From NCBI GenBank assembly GCA_963710755.1, contig CAVQBK010000004.1, positions 160,001-224,000 on the forward strand: 64,000 nt of DNA, read 5' to 3'. A program made the translations under genes and the position numbers. Below the pieces are notes generated by a model. That model was given only the letters and a program-made list of their open reading frames with translations. It ran no database searches and was not told the origin of the DNA. Shown here in pieces: positions 9,501 through 19,660 of this stretch (position 1 is the first letter of the stretch; every line of letters begins with the position of its first letter). The stretch is from an uncultured bacterium (GTDB taxonomy: Bacteria; Oederibacteriota; JAAXVQ01; JAUVAV01).

Positions 9501-12500
9501 TCACGCCTACTATAACGGAGACCTTTACCGCCACGCCGACGCTGACTCATAGTCCCACTCCCACCGCAACCCAAACCATCACGCCTACCGCCACCACCAC
9601 CAGTACCTTCACGCCTACCCATACCTCCACGGCCACCGTGACCAGTACCTTTACCGTCACCCCGACGCATAGTCCGACGTCCACTCATTCACCGACCGGT
9701 ACAACTACCGCGACCGCCACGCCGACCAGCACACCAACCTCGACGGTTACCCCAACGTCGACCTCCACAGCAACCGGTACCACTACCTCTACGGCTACGC
9801 CGACCGCTTCGCCCACGCGTACCGTGACCGGCACTACTACGGCCACGGCCACACATACACCCACAAATACCCCGACATCCACCGACACGCCCACGGATAC
9901 ACCCACGGCGACGCAGACCCACACGGCCACGGTGACACCCACTGGGACTGCTACGCCTACGGTGACCCCCACATTCACGATGACGCCCAGCATCACTCAG
10001 ACCTCGACTTATACCGTTACCGCTACGCCTACTTTAACCGTCACCCCAACCGCCACCGGAACTTTTACGGACACGCCCACGGCCACACCTACCCAAACGA
10101 TTACCTTAACCCCCACCATTTCAGCCACCCTGACCGTATCGGCTACCGCCACACCTACCTTGGCGGATACAGTGACCAATACCGCTACCCATACACCTAC
10201 TGCCACCATCAGTGCCACTTATACGGCATCGCCCACCTATACCCATACGCCCACTGAGACTTCCACCTTTACCCCTACGGCCACGCCTACGTATACCACT
10301 ACCTTTACGGTAACGCCTACCAGCACCGATACGGCCACGATTACGCCTACGATTACACCTACGTCAACTATAACGCCCACGCATACCCCGACCTCCACCG
10401 TCACCCCGACATTTACCTCAACCGACACACCGACATTGACCGCCACCAGAACCGTCACAGCGACTGCTACCCATACTCCCAGCGCCACCCCCAGCCATAC
10501 GCCCACCTTGACCAACACCGCTACGGGCACCCCCACCTTTACCCCAACAGTGACGCCCACTTCCACGGCTACGCCTACTTATACTCAAACCTCCACGGCC
10601 ACACCCAGTGCTACACCCACTATCACCCTGACCGCCACGCCTACGGTCACGTCCACGTTCACGGTGACATTGACCATAACGGAAACGGTCACGCCCACCA
10701 GTACGGTGACGTTGACCAATACACCCACCATCACCTTGACCAGCACACCGACCAGTACGATGACCCCCAGCGCCACACCTACCTTCACGGCTACCTTTAC
10801 GGCGACGCCAACTCATACCCAAACCTCCACACCAACCTATACCGTCACCCCCACCGTCACCCCCACCGCCACCACGACCAATACCATCACCTTAACCACT
10901 ACGCCAACGCCCAGTGCCACCTCCACCATAACCCTGACCACTACACCTACCAACTCCATGACGCCGACCCATACTCCCACCGTGACCATGACCAGCACAC
11001 CGGTTAACACGGCCACCTCCACCACGACGCCTACCTCCACAGCTTCACCCACCGGTACGGCCACGCCAACTTTTACAGCCACACCAACCTTTACCGTAAC
11101 CTCGACCTATACCATGACTTCCACCTACACGATGACCTACACGGCCACACCCAGTACTACGCCGACCATTACCCTGACCGCCACGCCTACGGCGACGATT
11201 ACCTTGACTGCTACGCCCACCTGGACGCCCACGATTACGGAGACGGTTACGCCCACATCCACGGTGACCTTAAGCATGACACCGAGCATGACCGTGACCA
11301 TGACCATCACGCCTACGTTTACCGCCACGCCCACCATCACCCTGACCCATACGCCTACGACAACCCATACGCCCACCGTGACACCCACCTTCACGGCCAC
11401 GGCCAGCCATACGCCGACGCATACGCCAAGCGTGACCGCCACGCCTACGTTTACGCCGAGCGTAACGCCTACCGCCACCCCGAGTAACACCCCGACCTCC
11501 ACCGAAACACCAACTGAAACGCCGACGCATACGCCCAGCAGCACGGTGACGGCCACATCCACCGCAACAGGAACCGCATCGTTTACGGTGACCACAACCT
11601 TTACCCAAACCCCCACGGCCACGCCCACCGCTACGGCTACCAATAGCTTTACCGCCACCCCCACGGTCACGCCCACTGGAACTTATACGTCCACGGTGAC
11701 CACTACCCCCAGCGCCACGCCCACCGCGACCTTTACAGCCACGGCTACGCCCAGTATCACACCCAGCGCCACCGCGACCTTTACCTCTACCGCTTCACCC
11801 ACATCCAGTGTCACCACGACCTTTACCGCCACGCCCACAGTCAGTTTGACCGCCACCCCCACGGCTACCCATACTTTGACCGCCACCCCAACCATGACAG
11901 GCAGCCCCACTGAGACCATGACCGCCACCCCCACGGCTAGCAGTACCATCACGCCTACTTTTACCGCCACACCCAGCACGACGCCTACGGTGACCAGCAC
12001 CATGACCATGACGCCTACCGCCACGCCCACGGCCACAGCTTCGCCAACTTGGTCGTCCACGGCCACACCCTCGTCCACCAATTCACCTACCGCCACGTTT
12101 ACGGCGTCGCCCACCGGGAGTTCAACGGTAACCCTGACCATAACCGCCACACCAACCCTGACGGCCACCCCCACGGCCACGCCGACGCGCACCATAACCG
12201 TCACCAGCACCATGTCGCCGACCGCTACGGCCACAGCGAGCATGACGCCTACCCTGACGGTAACGGTTACGTCCACCACCACCCCCACGGCCACCATGAC
12301 TTATACGGCCACCCCGACCAGTACGGCCACATCAACACCGACCTTGACTCCTACGGTGACCATGACCAGGACAACCACAGCCACGGCGACCGTGACGCCC
12401 ACGGCCACCATGACGCCCACCGAGGTGCTCAGTGTTCAGTTTAAGTTGATCATCGTGGACAGTGGCGGCCGGCGGGTGCGCACCTTGATGGAAAGCCAAA

Positions 12501-13018
12501 TATTGCAACCAGTCACGGATTTTAATCTTAGCAGCGATTATCTCTCTGCTGACGGACGCAACCAGTTGCGCTTCTGGGAAGGCAATCTTTTTGATATAAA
12601 CTGGAACGGTAGCAATGAAGAAGGTAAGGTCATGGTTAACGGTGTTTATTTTATACAAGCCATCAGTGTTAATCGTCTTAATGAGCAGACCATTGTCACT
12701 AAAGCCGTGACCTTGGAAAGACCGACCCTAACTATTATCCAAGCCATGCGCCTGGCACCTAATCCCGCCAAGGACCACGTGGCTATTTGGGTGAAATCAC
12801 CCTATGCCGGTATGGATGTTAATGTGCAGGTGTATACCGTGGTCGGGGAATTGGTAGCCAAAGTGCACCTCGGTCAGCAGGAGATGGTGCAGTGGGATAT
12901 GATCAACAGCCGTGGGGAAAAGTTGGCTAGTGGTGTTTATTTGATGGTGGTGCTGGCCAAAGATCCGATCAGCGGACAAGTGGAGCGTAAAGTGCAAAAA
13001 CTGGCGGTGTTACGATAA
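3593..13018 (+). CDS. Giant secreted surface protein: N-terminal beta/Ig-like domains, ~1440-aa Thr/Pro stalk, tandem FlgD-Ig and T9SS-like C-terminal domains
   Basis: ORF 3554..13018; likely start GTG 3593 after GGAG, followed by a hydrophobic signal ([21 protein letters not shown]). Repeated invasin/Big-like modules (PDHL...). T-x-T-P region. C-terminus ...[18 protein letters not shown]...LAPNPAKD...VYTVVGELV...[16 protein letters not shown]...QKLAVLR. Confidence 0.85.
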   Translation: MQGSALPQLNRGHGGKLAWVLLPLAMLLAVGSYAATAMSAPDEFVAWDPVNKHYVARVTVSNQDDAINQQGVKASGAGSKHFGQLSVWAKQKPEQVRAIINQQVEVAAYRSGLTFGQGRHLKKNQRLFLEYVYSHAPPSKLPVPVAAGVEQAGLSQSNRLKNNKIDLNLTNKIDGQWYRLSAKIPAGYRVKKIVRADGVEIVNQRPQGRNPNQTIPEQLLWYMQGQTLVFYDDPINGYTVFLDPPTAMNSLLVDIAGTSSNDYGGQISTIVWPYDGGTPLWTNDHAGRNGDNGLAQDFDSMAGGKVALRYSYGSTVQYGNPGGIGTGADGNFVELSRNYTLMHQTPSGQLEAVITTQLGMPTGAPLPMGITQKIIIRGNMKWFASIYYIKNLHASHVATNLRFFQGFDWNFNGDNTNDSCSYNGTYDTIYGYKPSGDPISYGGFSGFEASAEHDTTTYNTIWQYIRDDNLHGNNNFSGDAGTAMDWDHASLAAGKTWVVPIIWAYGNTLSASAFSDMQDGIDYGKSKLQDTGVTAITAPENNHMYNPATTATVNINAQVTLYGLQDFANLPVHVRVTSTAPGFTTIDTAFTTVDLEVPDKETTEVTYPLDISSLPAGTYTVKIYTDLGSDTPYTDSQPGNDYKTIQLVVSDFAMAPDDSAMVAPGGSHYYGVSLTSSTVTGRFDLAASASSASWGTRLYTSGGTLVATDADGNGVWDSITPGYDSNSNGLPDVNVTAGVTTFVLVEKILPFNALGGVTDVTTLTGTQQGGSLSDHVTVTTLSSAPGTKIKTLYLHPADGNFSLNTNQDTHSTGTYSQVDIFSQQTWTMQPVMADNFTLVSDVSIPLVLSTNNRTIDATVTLFYTNGFNTYVIGEDRVNNIRNRNTSPGSEVFTIPVSSPVTIPAGYKLCLRFNHLGYNSTTGYFRIYQSSTQRSRIILSTSTYIRVDKIQTFDSLGNTRQALAPGAAMSVGALISDPLGAYDITGATLTLVDSSGNTRVNGAAMSLLRTDSSSPAVWKWYSYTYTLPASPLGKWTAFVTALESNGVTQDRAYEFQVNTPDHLGMVPAFSIQPANSTRTLTCQIYDALGNSLSSVQTFTITATGSATFTAPMSGNPISPTTGGNGAVNVDLTDWLPQSVTITATQAWGTPANNGSALAVFTPSDYAKASADDGLATTGAGSSGEPINIQLYDEYNMPIGIARPLTITVSGAGYFSSVPAGWSGAGTALAFGMTDSNGQAALIVKDNTAETLTVLPDTSLWGNHSKDQAATVIFSVPGPDHLVLSDSVGTQVTAGNTRMLNLQVVDADGLNVNSSQVVTIICSGSAVFTATSLSGAAGVGTNAVTGTTAANGSATITITDQTAQTVTVTPDSSTLPGSTGFPDQDISIPVIFVAGAADHLAMSPALQYPVTSNPATADMQVVDRYNNVTVTAAVITVTINGSALIYTTTLSNHGPYYMQSVTGTADANGWGEVTVYNDYPQATTLTAHASALPNLTADVTAMIVWSNNPPTLTYTPTNTPTPSPTATVTFSATTTYTPTPTWTNTVTATPTRTTTSTPTHTVTPSATPTYTATPSFTLTSTGTPTMTPTITPTATPTFTSTATATRTGSPTSTMTPTHTPTVTPTYSSTVTPTPTFTATPSVTVTYTATPSATPSHTPTVTSTYTSTSSPTFTSTPTFTFTATHSPTPTMTSTFTPTSTSTPTHSPTSTSSPTYTPTVTPTHTPTHTSTSTHTPTVTPTTTPSFTSTPTFTATTTPTITPTHTPTYTHSPTATPSATPTSTFTPTSSPTSTFTPTVTPTFTPTVTPTATHTPTSTSTHSPTATHTPTFTSTVTPTSSDTATATPTHTPTFTHSPTATSTFTSTVTPTNTVTPTDTTTPTSTTTPTPTVTPTFTPTYTFTFTSTATPTLTSTISPTSSFTPTVTLTVTSTPTVTPTRTNTLTATPTVTLTITSTATFTVTSTSTFTPTVTPTVTPTITETFTATPTLTHSPTPTATQTITPTATTTSTFTPTHTSTATVTSTFTVTPTHSPTSTHSPTGTTTATATPTSTPTSTVTPTSTSTATGTTTSTATPTASPTRTVTGTTTATATHTPTNTPTSTDTPTDTPTATQTHTATVTPTGTATPTVTPTFTMTPSITQTSTYTVTATPTLTVTPTATGTFTDTPTATPTQTITLTPTISATLTVSATATPTLADTVTNTATHTPTATISATYTASPTYTHTPTETSTFTPTATPTYTTTFTVTPTSTDTATITPTITPTSTITPTHTPTSTVTPTFTSTDTPTLTATRTVTATATHTPSATPSHTPTLTNTATGTPTFTPTVTPTSTATPTYTQTSTATPSATPTITLTATPTVTSTFTVTLTITETVTPTSTVTLTNTPTITLTSTPTSTMTPSATPTFTATFTATPTHTQTSTPTYTVTPTVTPTATTTNTITLTTTPTPSATSTITLTTTPTNSMTPTHTPTVTMTSTPVNTATSTTTPTSTASPTGTATPTFTATPTFTVTSTYTMTSTYTMTYTATPSTTPTITLTATPTATITLTATPTWTPTITETVTPTSTVTLSMTPSMTVTMTITPTFTATPTITLTHTPTTTHTPTVTPTFTATASHTPTHTPSVTATPTFTPSVTPTATPSNTPTSTETPTETPTHTPSSTVTATSTATGTASFTVTTTFTQTPTATPTATATNSFTATPTVTPTGTYTSTVTTTPSATPTATFTATATPSITPSATATFTSTASPTSSVTTTFTATPTVSLTATPTATHTLTATPTMTGSPTETMTATPTASSTITPTFTATPSTTPTVTSTMTMTPTATPTATASPTWSSTATPSSTNSPTATFTASPTGSSTVTLTITATPTLTATPTATPTRTITVTSTMSPTATATASMTPTLTVTVTSTTTPTATMTYTATPTSTATSTPTLTPTVTMTRTTTATATVTPTATMTPTEVLSVQFKLIIVDSGGRRVRTLMESQILQPVTDFNLSSDYLSADGRNQLRFWEGNLFDINWNGSNEEGKVMVNGVYFIQAISVNRLNEQTIVTKAVTLERPTLTIIQAMRLAPNPAKDHVAIWVKSPYAGMDVNVQVYTVVGELVAKVHLGQQEMVQWDMINSRGEKLASGVYLMVVLAKDPISGQVERKVQKLAVLR
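8110..12422 (+). repeat. Low-complexity coding repeat (T-x-T-P-T-x) within the giant protein
   Basis: About 4.3 kb of ACN/CCN-rich sequence. Thr at nearly every second residue, with degenerate (non-identical) nucleotide units. Confidence 0.95.
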
Positions 13019-15336
13019 TGCGAATGAAACCGGGGCGCACATTCTGGCTAGGGGTCATGATCCTATTGGCAGTCATGAACCAAGCCCATGCCGACCTCTT
13101 TGACAAGGGCGGCGCTTTAGGGTCGGGCGCCCGGGCAATGGCCATGGCCGGTGCTTACACCGCCCTGGCACAGGATGAATCCGGTCTTTGGTGGAATCCT
13201 GCGGGCTTGGGTGCGGTGACCATGAACCGTATCGAGTCTTCCTTGGGCTCGGTGTATAATGGCCGCGTGCGCAGCTTGGAAATGGCCGGCGCTATGCCCT
13301 TGCCAAAAAACGTGGTGGCCGGTTTAGGCTGGCGCCATCAGTTTTATCCGCAGCCAAGTGAAGTCAATACGGACGAGCTGATGTTGGCCGGCAGCATTCC
13401 CCTGGACGAGGACCAACAATGGCACTTGGGGATGGGGGTTAAATTATTATTTGGTGGAATGGTGTCATCCGGGTTGGGCTTCAGTGGTCTGGGCATGGAT
13501 TTTGGCCTTCTTTATAATATGAAGCTTTTCGAACGCTACCAACTTTCATTGGGTGCTCATGTGCAGGATATCGATACCCGTATCACCTGGGGCAACCAGC
13601 AACAGCAGCAAGTGCCCAGCCGTCTGGCTCTGGGAGCGGGGTTTGTTTTGGATCCTCAAACAGTGTTCAGCCTGGACCTGGAGTCGGTCTCCTCCACGCA
13701 GGACACCAGTGGCTCCACCCAGTTGTTACGGCTGGGTGCGGAACATTGGGTGGCTGACCTTTTCGGCCTGCGCGCCGGTTTGGTGACCGATAATCATCAG
13801 GTCAGTGCTTTGAGTTTCGGACTGGGATTTACGGTGGCCCAGGTTGAGGTGGAATACGCGCTTTCCAGCACTACCGCCAATCTGGGCGTTTCCCACCGCC
13901 TTTCCCTGAGTTATGGTCTACCCCGGCTGGCCCTGGGTGTCAAACCAGCCGCCCTACCGGCGCAAGAAGAATTAAAACTTCCTGAAATGAAACCGGAGAC
14001 CTTTGAATTTGAACTGGTAGCCCTGCCAGAAAGTTTTTCGCCCAATGGCGATGGCTTGGCTGATACAGTCATTGTACATCTTGATTTAATTCAAGGCTTC
14101 AAATCGGAAATCGCCTCCTGGTCCTTGACGGTTTTCGATGATCAGGGGGTAAACCGCAGAACCTTTACCGGCAAGGGTTATCCGCCGGAAGTGGAATGGG
14201 ATGGTGCGGATAAGACCGGTAAAATCTGTCAGGACGGCTATTACACCTTGGTCATGGAAGTAAAAGACAGCAATCATAAAACCTTGGCGCCCATCAAGAC
14301 TAGTGTGCAGATTAAAACCGATGTGCAACCCCTGACCATGGTCCTAAGCAGCCTGGTCTTTGAACGCATTGCCGGTAAACTGGACAAACCCTTGGTCATC
14401 ACTTTCCCCGACGGAGCCGGTCAGCCGCAACAGTCGTGGAATGTGGTAATCCAGAATCAAGCCAACAAGAAGGTACGCACCTTTGCAGGCAAGGGACTGT
14501 TGCCTGATCAGTTGGTGTGGAAAGGAACAGAGAAGGGAAAACCAGTGCCTGACGGCACCTACCTGGTGGCGTTTGCGGTGAGCGATCCCAGCGGTCTTCG
14601 TATTGACAGCAGCGAACAGATTGTGTTTAAGTCCGTGGCACCGAAAGTGGGGCTGAGCGTCAGCCCGGCCATGATCCGCCCGGGGTATAAAAAAGACGGC
14701 CAAGCCACCTTTGTCTTGACCACCAATTACAACCAGGAAATTGAGCAGTGGCGTCTGGAGATCAATGACCGGATCACCAAGAAAACCGTAAGAACTTACC
14801 GGGGCCGCGGGCCGCTGGCGGCCAGTTTGGTATGGCCCGGGACCACCAACCGTAAACGTCTGGTGGCCGGCGGACGCTATCTGGGCGCGCAACTAACCGT
14901 GACCTACCGGGGCGGTGTGAAGATTGTCAGTCCAGTTGTGACCTTGAGTACTGATGTGGTTATGCCCACCAGCACCCAAGGCTTGGCCCTGCATTTGGCG
15001 GCAGTCAATTTTGATCCCGGGTCCTCGGTGATTCCTCTGGATGCTTATAAAATGCTCAACCAGGCCATCAATACCATCAAACGGTATGCCCGCAATTACC
15101 GGGTTCAGGTCAAGGGTCATACGGACAATGTGGAAAGTCCTACGGAGGCCATCGAATTGTCCTGGGCAAGGGCGTTAAAAGTCAAAGAGTACCTAAATGT
15201 CTCCGGTCAAATACCGATAACAGTGATAGATGCCGTGGGCTACGGAGACCGTCTGCCGCTGGTACCCAATGACAATCCTGCCGGCCGGAGTAAAAACCGG
15301 CGGGTGGAAATCGTGGTTATCATCGGGAAAAAATAG
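13018..15336 (+). CDS. PorV-like beta-barrel + FlgD/CHU_C-like Ig repeats + OmpA-like peptidoglycan-binding domain fusion
   Basis: Signal peptide; GSGARAMAMAGAYTALAQDESGLWWNPAGL...LGVSHRLSLSY (PorV family); FSPNGDG and three W-x-G...(D/G)G-x-Y modules; C-terminal VNFDPGSS...VKGHTDN...LSWARA...GYGDRLPLVPND...NRRVEI (OmpA_C). TAATG coupling to the upstream gene. Confidence 0.85.
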   Translation: MRMKPGRTFWLGVMILLAVMNQAHADLFDKGGALGSGARAMAMAGAYTALAQDESGLWWNPAGLGAVTMNRIESSLGSVYNGRVRSLEMAGAMPLPKNVVAGLGWRHQFYPQPSEVNTDELMLAGSIPLDEDQQWHLGMGVKLLFGGMVSSGLGFSGLGMDFGLLYNMKLFERYQLSLGAHVQDIDTRITWGNQQQQQVPSRLALGAGFVLDPQTVFSLDLESVSSTQDTSGSTQLLRLGAEHWVADLFGLRAGLVTDNHQVSALSFGLGFTVAQVEVEYALSSTTANLGVSHRLSLSYGLPRLALGVKPAALPAQEELKLPEMKPETFEFELVALPESFSPNGDGLADTVIVHLDLIQGFKSEIASWSLTVFDDQGVNRRTFTGKGYPPEVEWDGADKTGKICQDGYYTLVMEVKDSNHKTLAPIKTSVQIKTDVQPLTMVLSSLVFERIAGKLDKPLVITFPDGAGQPQQSWNVVIQNQANKKVRTFAGKGLLPDQLVWKGTEKGKPVPDGTYLVAFAVSDPSGLRIDSSEQIVFKSVAPKVGLSVSPAMIRPGYKKDGQATFVLTTNYNQEIEQWRLEINDRITKKTVRTYRGRGPLAASLVWPGTTNRKRLVAGGRYLGAQLTVTYRGGVKIVSPVVTLSTDVVMPTSTQGLALHLAAVNFDPGSSVIPLDAYKMLNQAINTIKRYARNYRVQVKGHTDNVESPTEAIELSWARALKVKEYLNVSGQIPITVIDAVGYGDRLPLVPNDNPAGRSKNRRVEIVVIIGKK

Positions 15337-15392
15337 TCAGAGGTGCTTTTCCGGCACATCAGACCGGCGGATTTACCGCAGTCCAAGGCAGC

Positions 15393-15421
15393 TTGACAAT
15401 TTTTATCACGACGAGTATGAT
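15393..15421 (+). promoter_or_regulatory. Sigma70-type promoter of the ABC importer operon
   Basis: TTGACA (15393-15398) - 17 nt - TATGAT (15416-15421), with GAGGAG RBS before the ATG at 15453. Confidence 0.7.
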
Positions 15422-15452
15422 CATCAACTAATCAACCACAGCGAGGAGTAGC

Positions 15453-16814
15453 ATGCTGCGCAAAATCGGGTGGATTTTATTTACCATCGCCTTGTCCGGC
15501 TTCATGCTGGTGGTCTGGCTGCAAAATTATTATTTTGTCAGCGAAGTGCCCAAAGAAGGGCAGGTGTTGGAAGTATGGAACAAGCCGCCCTCCCGCCAGG
15601 TCAAGGAACTCAAGCTTTGGAAAGAAAGCATACTGCGCTTTGAGCAGGAAAATCCCGGCATCAAGATCAAAGGGGTTGAACGGCAATATTCGCCCCAGGA
15701 ATTTGTCACCGCCATGGCCGGCGGCAAAGGACCGGATGTCATGCATGTCTGGATAGGCTCTATGGGCATCCTGGCCAGGCAGGGGTTTATTGCACCAATG
15801 GATGAGTATATCCGGCAATGGGATCAGGCGGATTATATTCCTAAAAAAGTTTGGCGTCCCACCCGCTATGACCGCAAGACTTATGGTGTGCCCCGCGACA
15901 CCTATTTTACCGTCCTTTTTTATAGGAAGGATTTGTTTCAGGCTGCAGGCCTCGACCCTCATAGGCCGCCTCAAAATTGGGGTGAACTGGCCGCCTATGC
16001 CCAGCGCCTGACCAAGCCTGAAATCGGGCAATATGGATTCGGGCTTTCACCGGATACCTGGCATTTCATGGATTTCGTATGGCAAAACAACGGCCGGCTG
16101 CTGGAAGCCACCAAACGTGGTTACTTAAACGCGCCCCTCGATTCGCCGGCTGTTCTCCAGACCCTTCAATTTTGGCATGATTTAAAATTCAAATACAAAG
16201 TTCTGCCACCCAATGCTTTGCCGGCTCAGGAAAACATCCAGCAGATGTTCGCGCTGGGTAAGGTGGCCATGATGATGGGTGTGGCCATGCAGCTCCCGGG
16301 ATTGCTCAATAAATACGGTTTGGAACTGGACACAACCGGGATTGCGCCCTTGCCCGCCGGTCCGGCTGGTTATCGGGCCTCTCATGCCGGGGGTGAAGTC
16401 TTTGTCATCAATGCCTCCATCCCCAAAGCGAAGCGCGATGCGGCCTGGAAATATATTGAATTTGAATTGTCGCCGGCCAATCAACTCTGGAAATGGGTAA
16501 GAATGCACGAACTGAAGATGACCATCTTTCCGGGTGCTTTTTCAGCCTCCACTAATTTATTAAACATGCCGGAGTTCGCCATGGTCAAGGAAGAGCTGCG
16601 CTATGTGCGCAATGAACCGCATTTACCGGAATGGCCTTTTATGAAAGATGCGCTCAATAAGGACTTGTTGCAAGCTGTGTTCGTGGAAGAACATATGGAC
16701 ATCAAAGCTTATGTAAATGAGTTTACCCGGCGGGTTAACCAACGGTTTTTATCGAAACGCTACTTTTTGCCCAAACAGGTGCACCGCCGAACACCGGAAA
16801 CCCAGACACCTTGA
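15453..16814 (+). CDS. Carbohydrate ABC transporter substrate-binding protein (CUT1)
   Basis: FEQENPGIKI...GKGPDV...YGVPRD...LFYRKDLF..AGLDP..PP.NW.EL...F..GKVAMM motifs. N-terminal TM segment without an obvious lipobox. Confidence 0.9.
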   Translation: MLRKIGWILFTIALSGFMLVVWLQNYYFVSEVPKEGQVLEVWNKPPSRQVKELKLWKESILRFEQENPGIKIKGVERQYSPQEFVTAMAGGKGPDVMHVWIGSMGILARQGFIAPMDEYIRQWDQADYIPKKVWRPTRYDRKTYGVPRDTYFTVLFYRKDLFQAAGLDPHRPPQNWGELAAYAQRLTKPEIGQYGFGLSPDTWHFMDFVWQNNGRLLEATKRGYLNAPLDSPAVLQTLQFWHDLKFKYKVLPPNALPAQENIQQMFALGKVAMMMGVAMQLPGLLNKYGLELDTTGIAPLPAGPAGYRASHAGGEVFVINASIPKAKRDAAWKYIEFELSPANQLWKWVRMHELKMTIFPGAFSASTNLLNMPEFAMVKEELRYVRNEPHLPEWPFMKDALNKDLLQAVFVEEHMDIKAYVNEFTRRVNQRFLSKRYFLPKQVHRRTPETQTP

Positions 16815-16834
16815 TGGTTAGGGAGAGATAACGC

Positions 16835-18646
16835 ATGCCGCCCCAAAGACCAAAACGATTGCCTACTGATTTTTTTGACCGGCTGTTGTCCAATCAGACC
16901 GATGATCAGCTCAATGATCTGCTGACGTCGCTGGTGGACGAACAGATTCTGCCGTCGGCCGAGGCACCTGCGGCCAAGGAGGAACCGACGGCGCCGGCCA
17001 TGGTTTTCGAACCAGCCGAAATGCCACCTATTAACCCGGCTGCTGAAGCCAGGATCATGGAAGATACTATTGAGACCGAAGAAGATGAATTAGACGAACT
17101 CTCCAGCGATTTACCGCAAAGTCCGATGGATGATCTTATTCCATCCACGGCGCAGATGCGGGCTGATAGCCATGTGGGGGCGCCTGCGGCACCCGTCGCA
17201 TCACCGCCTGACCAAGCGCCGGAACAGCAGTCCGCCATTGTTTTCCCGGAAGTACCCAGTCCTCCGGAAGAAGTGAATTATCATTTTGATACTCCGGAGG
17301 AACCGGCGCCCGCCCAGCCTGCGGCCGGGACACAACCCATCAAATTGCCAGGTGCGGACAATATTGAAGTGCCGCCGGAACTGCTGCGCGATCCCCAGGA
17401 AGAGGTGGCTGATGCCAGCGGACTAATCTCACCCCCGCCGTCTACGCAGGCCAGGCCCACACCGCCGCCACCGGAACCGATGGTTCCGGAAGCGCCCGCT
17501 GAAGAAGCATGGGAAGCCATGCTGGCCACGCCGCAACCAACCGCACCTCCTCGTCCGGAGGCATCCGTGACCAGTGCTCCGGCCAAGCCGGCGGGGCCAC
17601 ATGTCTATACCCATGAAGAACTGGTCCGAGCCCGTCTCGAGCGGCGTTGGGAAACACCCAAACGTAAGCCCAAAGCGCCCAAATTGGCGGTAGCCGTACC
17701 GACGCAAGTGGTGGACCAGAGCAAACTCTCGGCTTTGGATGATTATCTCCAAACCAAACGCCGGGAAAAATCGTCCATCCTTTTTGGCCGTATCCAACGG
17801 TCGGCCCTCATGTTTCTGTTGCCCACGTTTATTGCCTTTTCACTATTCTCCTGGTATCCCATGTTTAAGGGGCTGATTTTGTCGCTGTTTAATTTTCAGC
17901 CTACCGGAGAATCGGTGTTTATTGGTGTGCAAAATTATGTGCGGGCGTTTAAGGATACCATGTTTCTGCAGTCTCTCTGGCATGGCGGACTTTTCTGTTC
18001 GCTGGCCCTGCTGTTGGGTTTCCTGCCACCCATTTTTTTATCGATCTTTATCAACGAATTCCGGCGCGGCAAATCAATGCTGAAGTTTTTATTCTTTTTG
18101 CCCTTTCTTATGCCCACGGTGCCGGCTGCTATTCTATGGAAATGGATCATGGACCAGGGGTATGGTCTGCTTAACGCAGTGGTCTCTTTGTTGCCCGTCG
18201 CCAACCCTCATATCGGTTGGCTCACGGACCCCAAGTTGGCCATGCTTTCTATCGTGCTGCTGTATATATGGAAAAACACAGGATGGGCTATGTTGATTTA
18301 TTCCGCCTCATTGCTTAATATTGATCCTACTTTGTATGAAGAAGCGGAGATTCACGGGGCCAATATCTGGCAGAAGGTGCGCCATATCACCCTGCCCACC
18401 ATCCGGGGAACGATTGCGGTTATGTTCATCATCACCATCATCAACACCATTCAATTGTTTACCGAAGTGTATATTATGACCAACGGCGGGCCCATGAATT
18501 CCACCGAAGTGCTGGCCACCTATATTTATAAACAGGCTTTCTTTTACATGGATGTGGGCTATGCCTCGGCCTTGTCTATCTTGATGCTGGTCATGTTGTT
18601 GTTTATAACCATCTTTAGATTGCGGCGCCTGGACGCCGGAGGTTGA
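16835..18646 (+). CDS. Carbohydrate ABC transporter permease (MalF/UgpA-like) with long acidic Pro-rich N-terminal extension
   Basis: The C-terminal ~290 aa has FLLP...FIGVQNY...LYEEAEIHGANIWQKVRHITLP (EAA loop)...MTNGGP...GYASA. The first ~300 aa are E/D/P/A-rich. Confidence 0.88.
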   Translation: MPPQRPKRLPTDFFDRLLSNQTDDQLNDLLTSLVDEQILPSAEAPAAKEEPTAPAMVFEPAEMPPINPAAEARIMEDTIETEEDELDELSSDLPQSPMDDLIPSTAQMRADSHVGAPAAPVASPPDQAPEQQSAIVFPEVPSPPEEVNYHFDTPEEPAPAQPAAGTQPIKLPGADNIEVPPELLRDPQEEVADASGLISPPPSTQARPTPPPPEPMVPEAPAEEAWEAMLATPQPTAPPRPEASVTSAPAKPAGPHVYTHEELVRARLERRWETPKRKPKAPKLAVAVPTQVVDQSKLSALDDYLQTKRREKSSILFGRIQRSALMFLLPTFIAFSLFSWYPMFKGLILSLFNFQPTGESVFIGVQNYVRAFKDTMFLQSLWHGGLFCSLALLLGFLPPIFLSIFINEFRRGKSMLKFLFFLPFLMPTVPAAILWKWIMDQGYGLLNAVVSLLPVANPHIGWLTDPKLAMLSIVLLYIWKNTGWAMLIYSASLLNIDPTLYEEAEIHGANIWQKVRHITLPTIRGTIAVMFIITIINTIQLFTEVYIMTNGGPMNSTEVLATYIYKQAFFYMDVGYASALSILMLVMLLFITIFRLRRLDAGG

Positions 18647-18647
18647 T

Positions 18648-19541
18648 ATGGATCAATATGAAAATCGTGGTCTGATTTCCAACAGTGACCGAAAAAAAGG
18701 AAGCACCAAACTGTTGTTTGGGCTGGGTGGTACTTTGGTCATCGGGTTGGCCCTGCTGACCGTGGTGCCTTTCTTTTGGATGGTAGCCTCGGCCCTGACA
18801 CCGGCCCAGCATATGTTCGACTGGCCGCCTCGTTGGTTCAGCGGGGTTTGGGACTGGTCCTCTTTTGGCATAGCCCTCCAGCATGTCCCGTTCTCCACGT
18901 ATATTTTCAATTCTCTGATCCACTGCTTTGGGGTGGTGTTGGGACAGTTGCTGCTCTCCTCGCTGGCGGCCTATGCTTTTGCCAAGATGAGACCGCCTTT
19001 TGGGAAATTTTTGATGATTTTATTTTTAACCACGCTCATGATTCCAGTGGAGAGCCTGCTCATTCCGCTTTATCTGGTGATGAAAAGTTTTCCGGCGAGC
19101 AGCTTGCCCAATGCCAACCTAATCTCCACCTTCTGGGGCTTGATTTTGCCCACTGTGGTGTCGGCCTTTAATATATTAATTTTAAAGAGTTTTTTTGAAC
19201 GTCTGCCGGCTGATCTTATTGATGCCGCCCGTTTGGATGGTTGTTCGGAATTGATGATTTTCCGCAAAATCGCCATCCCCTTATCCACACCGATTTTAGT
19301 AGTTCTGGGCATCTTTGGTTTTATTACCACTTGGAACAGCTTTTTCTGGCCGCTTATTGTATTAAACGATCCCAAGATGTATACCTTGATGGTGGGTATT
19401 CAAAAAATGGTGGAAATGGGCGAACCTTGGAATGTGATCATGGCTGTGGTCACCTTGGCCACCATTCCTACGATTCTGCTTTACTTTGCCTTTCAACGCT
19501 ACATTGTGCGCGGCGTGGTCTTCACCGGCTACCAGGCGTAG
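18648..19541 (+). CDS. Carbohydrate ABC transporter permease (MalG/UgpE-like)
   Basis: PFFWMV...NSL...AAYAFAK...DLIDAARLDGCSE (EAA loop)...WNSFFWPLI...FQRYIVRG. Confidence 0.92.
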   Translation: MDQYENRGLISNSDRKKGSTKLLFGLGGTLVIGLALLTVVPFFWMVASALTPAQHMFDWPPRWFSGVWDWSSFGIALQHVPFSTYIFNSLIHCFGVVLGQLLLSSLAAYAFAKMRPPFGKFLMILFLTTLMIPVESLLIPLYLVMKSFPASSLPNANLISTFWGLILPTVVSAFNILILKSFFERLPADLIDAARLDGCSELMIFRKIAIPLSTPILVVLGIFGFITTWNSFFWPLIVLNDPKMYTLMVGIQKMVEMGEPWNVIMAVVTLATIPTILLYFAFQRYIVRGVVFTGYQA

Positions 19542-19620
19542 GAGGCTGAGCAATTACTTGCTCAGCCTCCTGAGAATCTAAAATCGAGAGTTTTCAATTC
19601 TCGATTTTAGATTTTAGATT
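19540..19620 (+). terminator. Two consecutive hairpins (probable intrinsic terminator region)
   Basis: AGGAGGCTGAGCAA-TTAC-TTGCTCAGCCTCCT (19540-19571), then AATCTAAAATCGAGA...TCTCGATTTTAGATT (19575-19613), directly after the permease stop. Confidence 0.6.
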
Positions 19621-19660
19621 CGGTCGATTATCAATTTCCGATTTTCATTTTTTAAAAATA

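Noticed and set aside
8177-12444. Many Val/Gly-rich antisense ORFs and His/Arg-rich alternate-frame ORFs
   Set aside because: Shadows of the Thr/Pro codon repeat (ACN/CCN read as GTN/GGN on the opposite strand).
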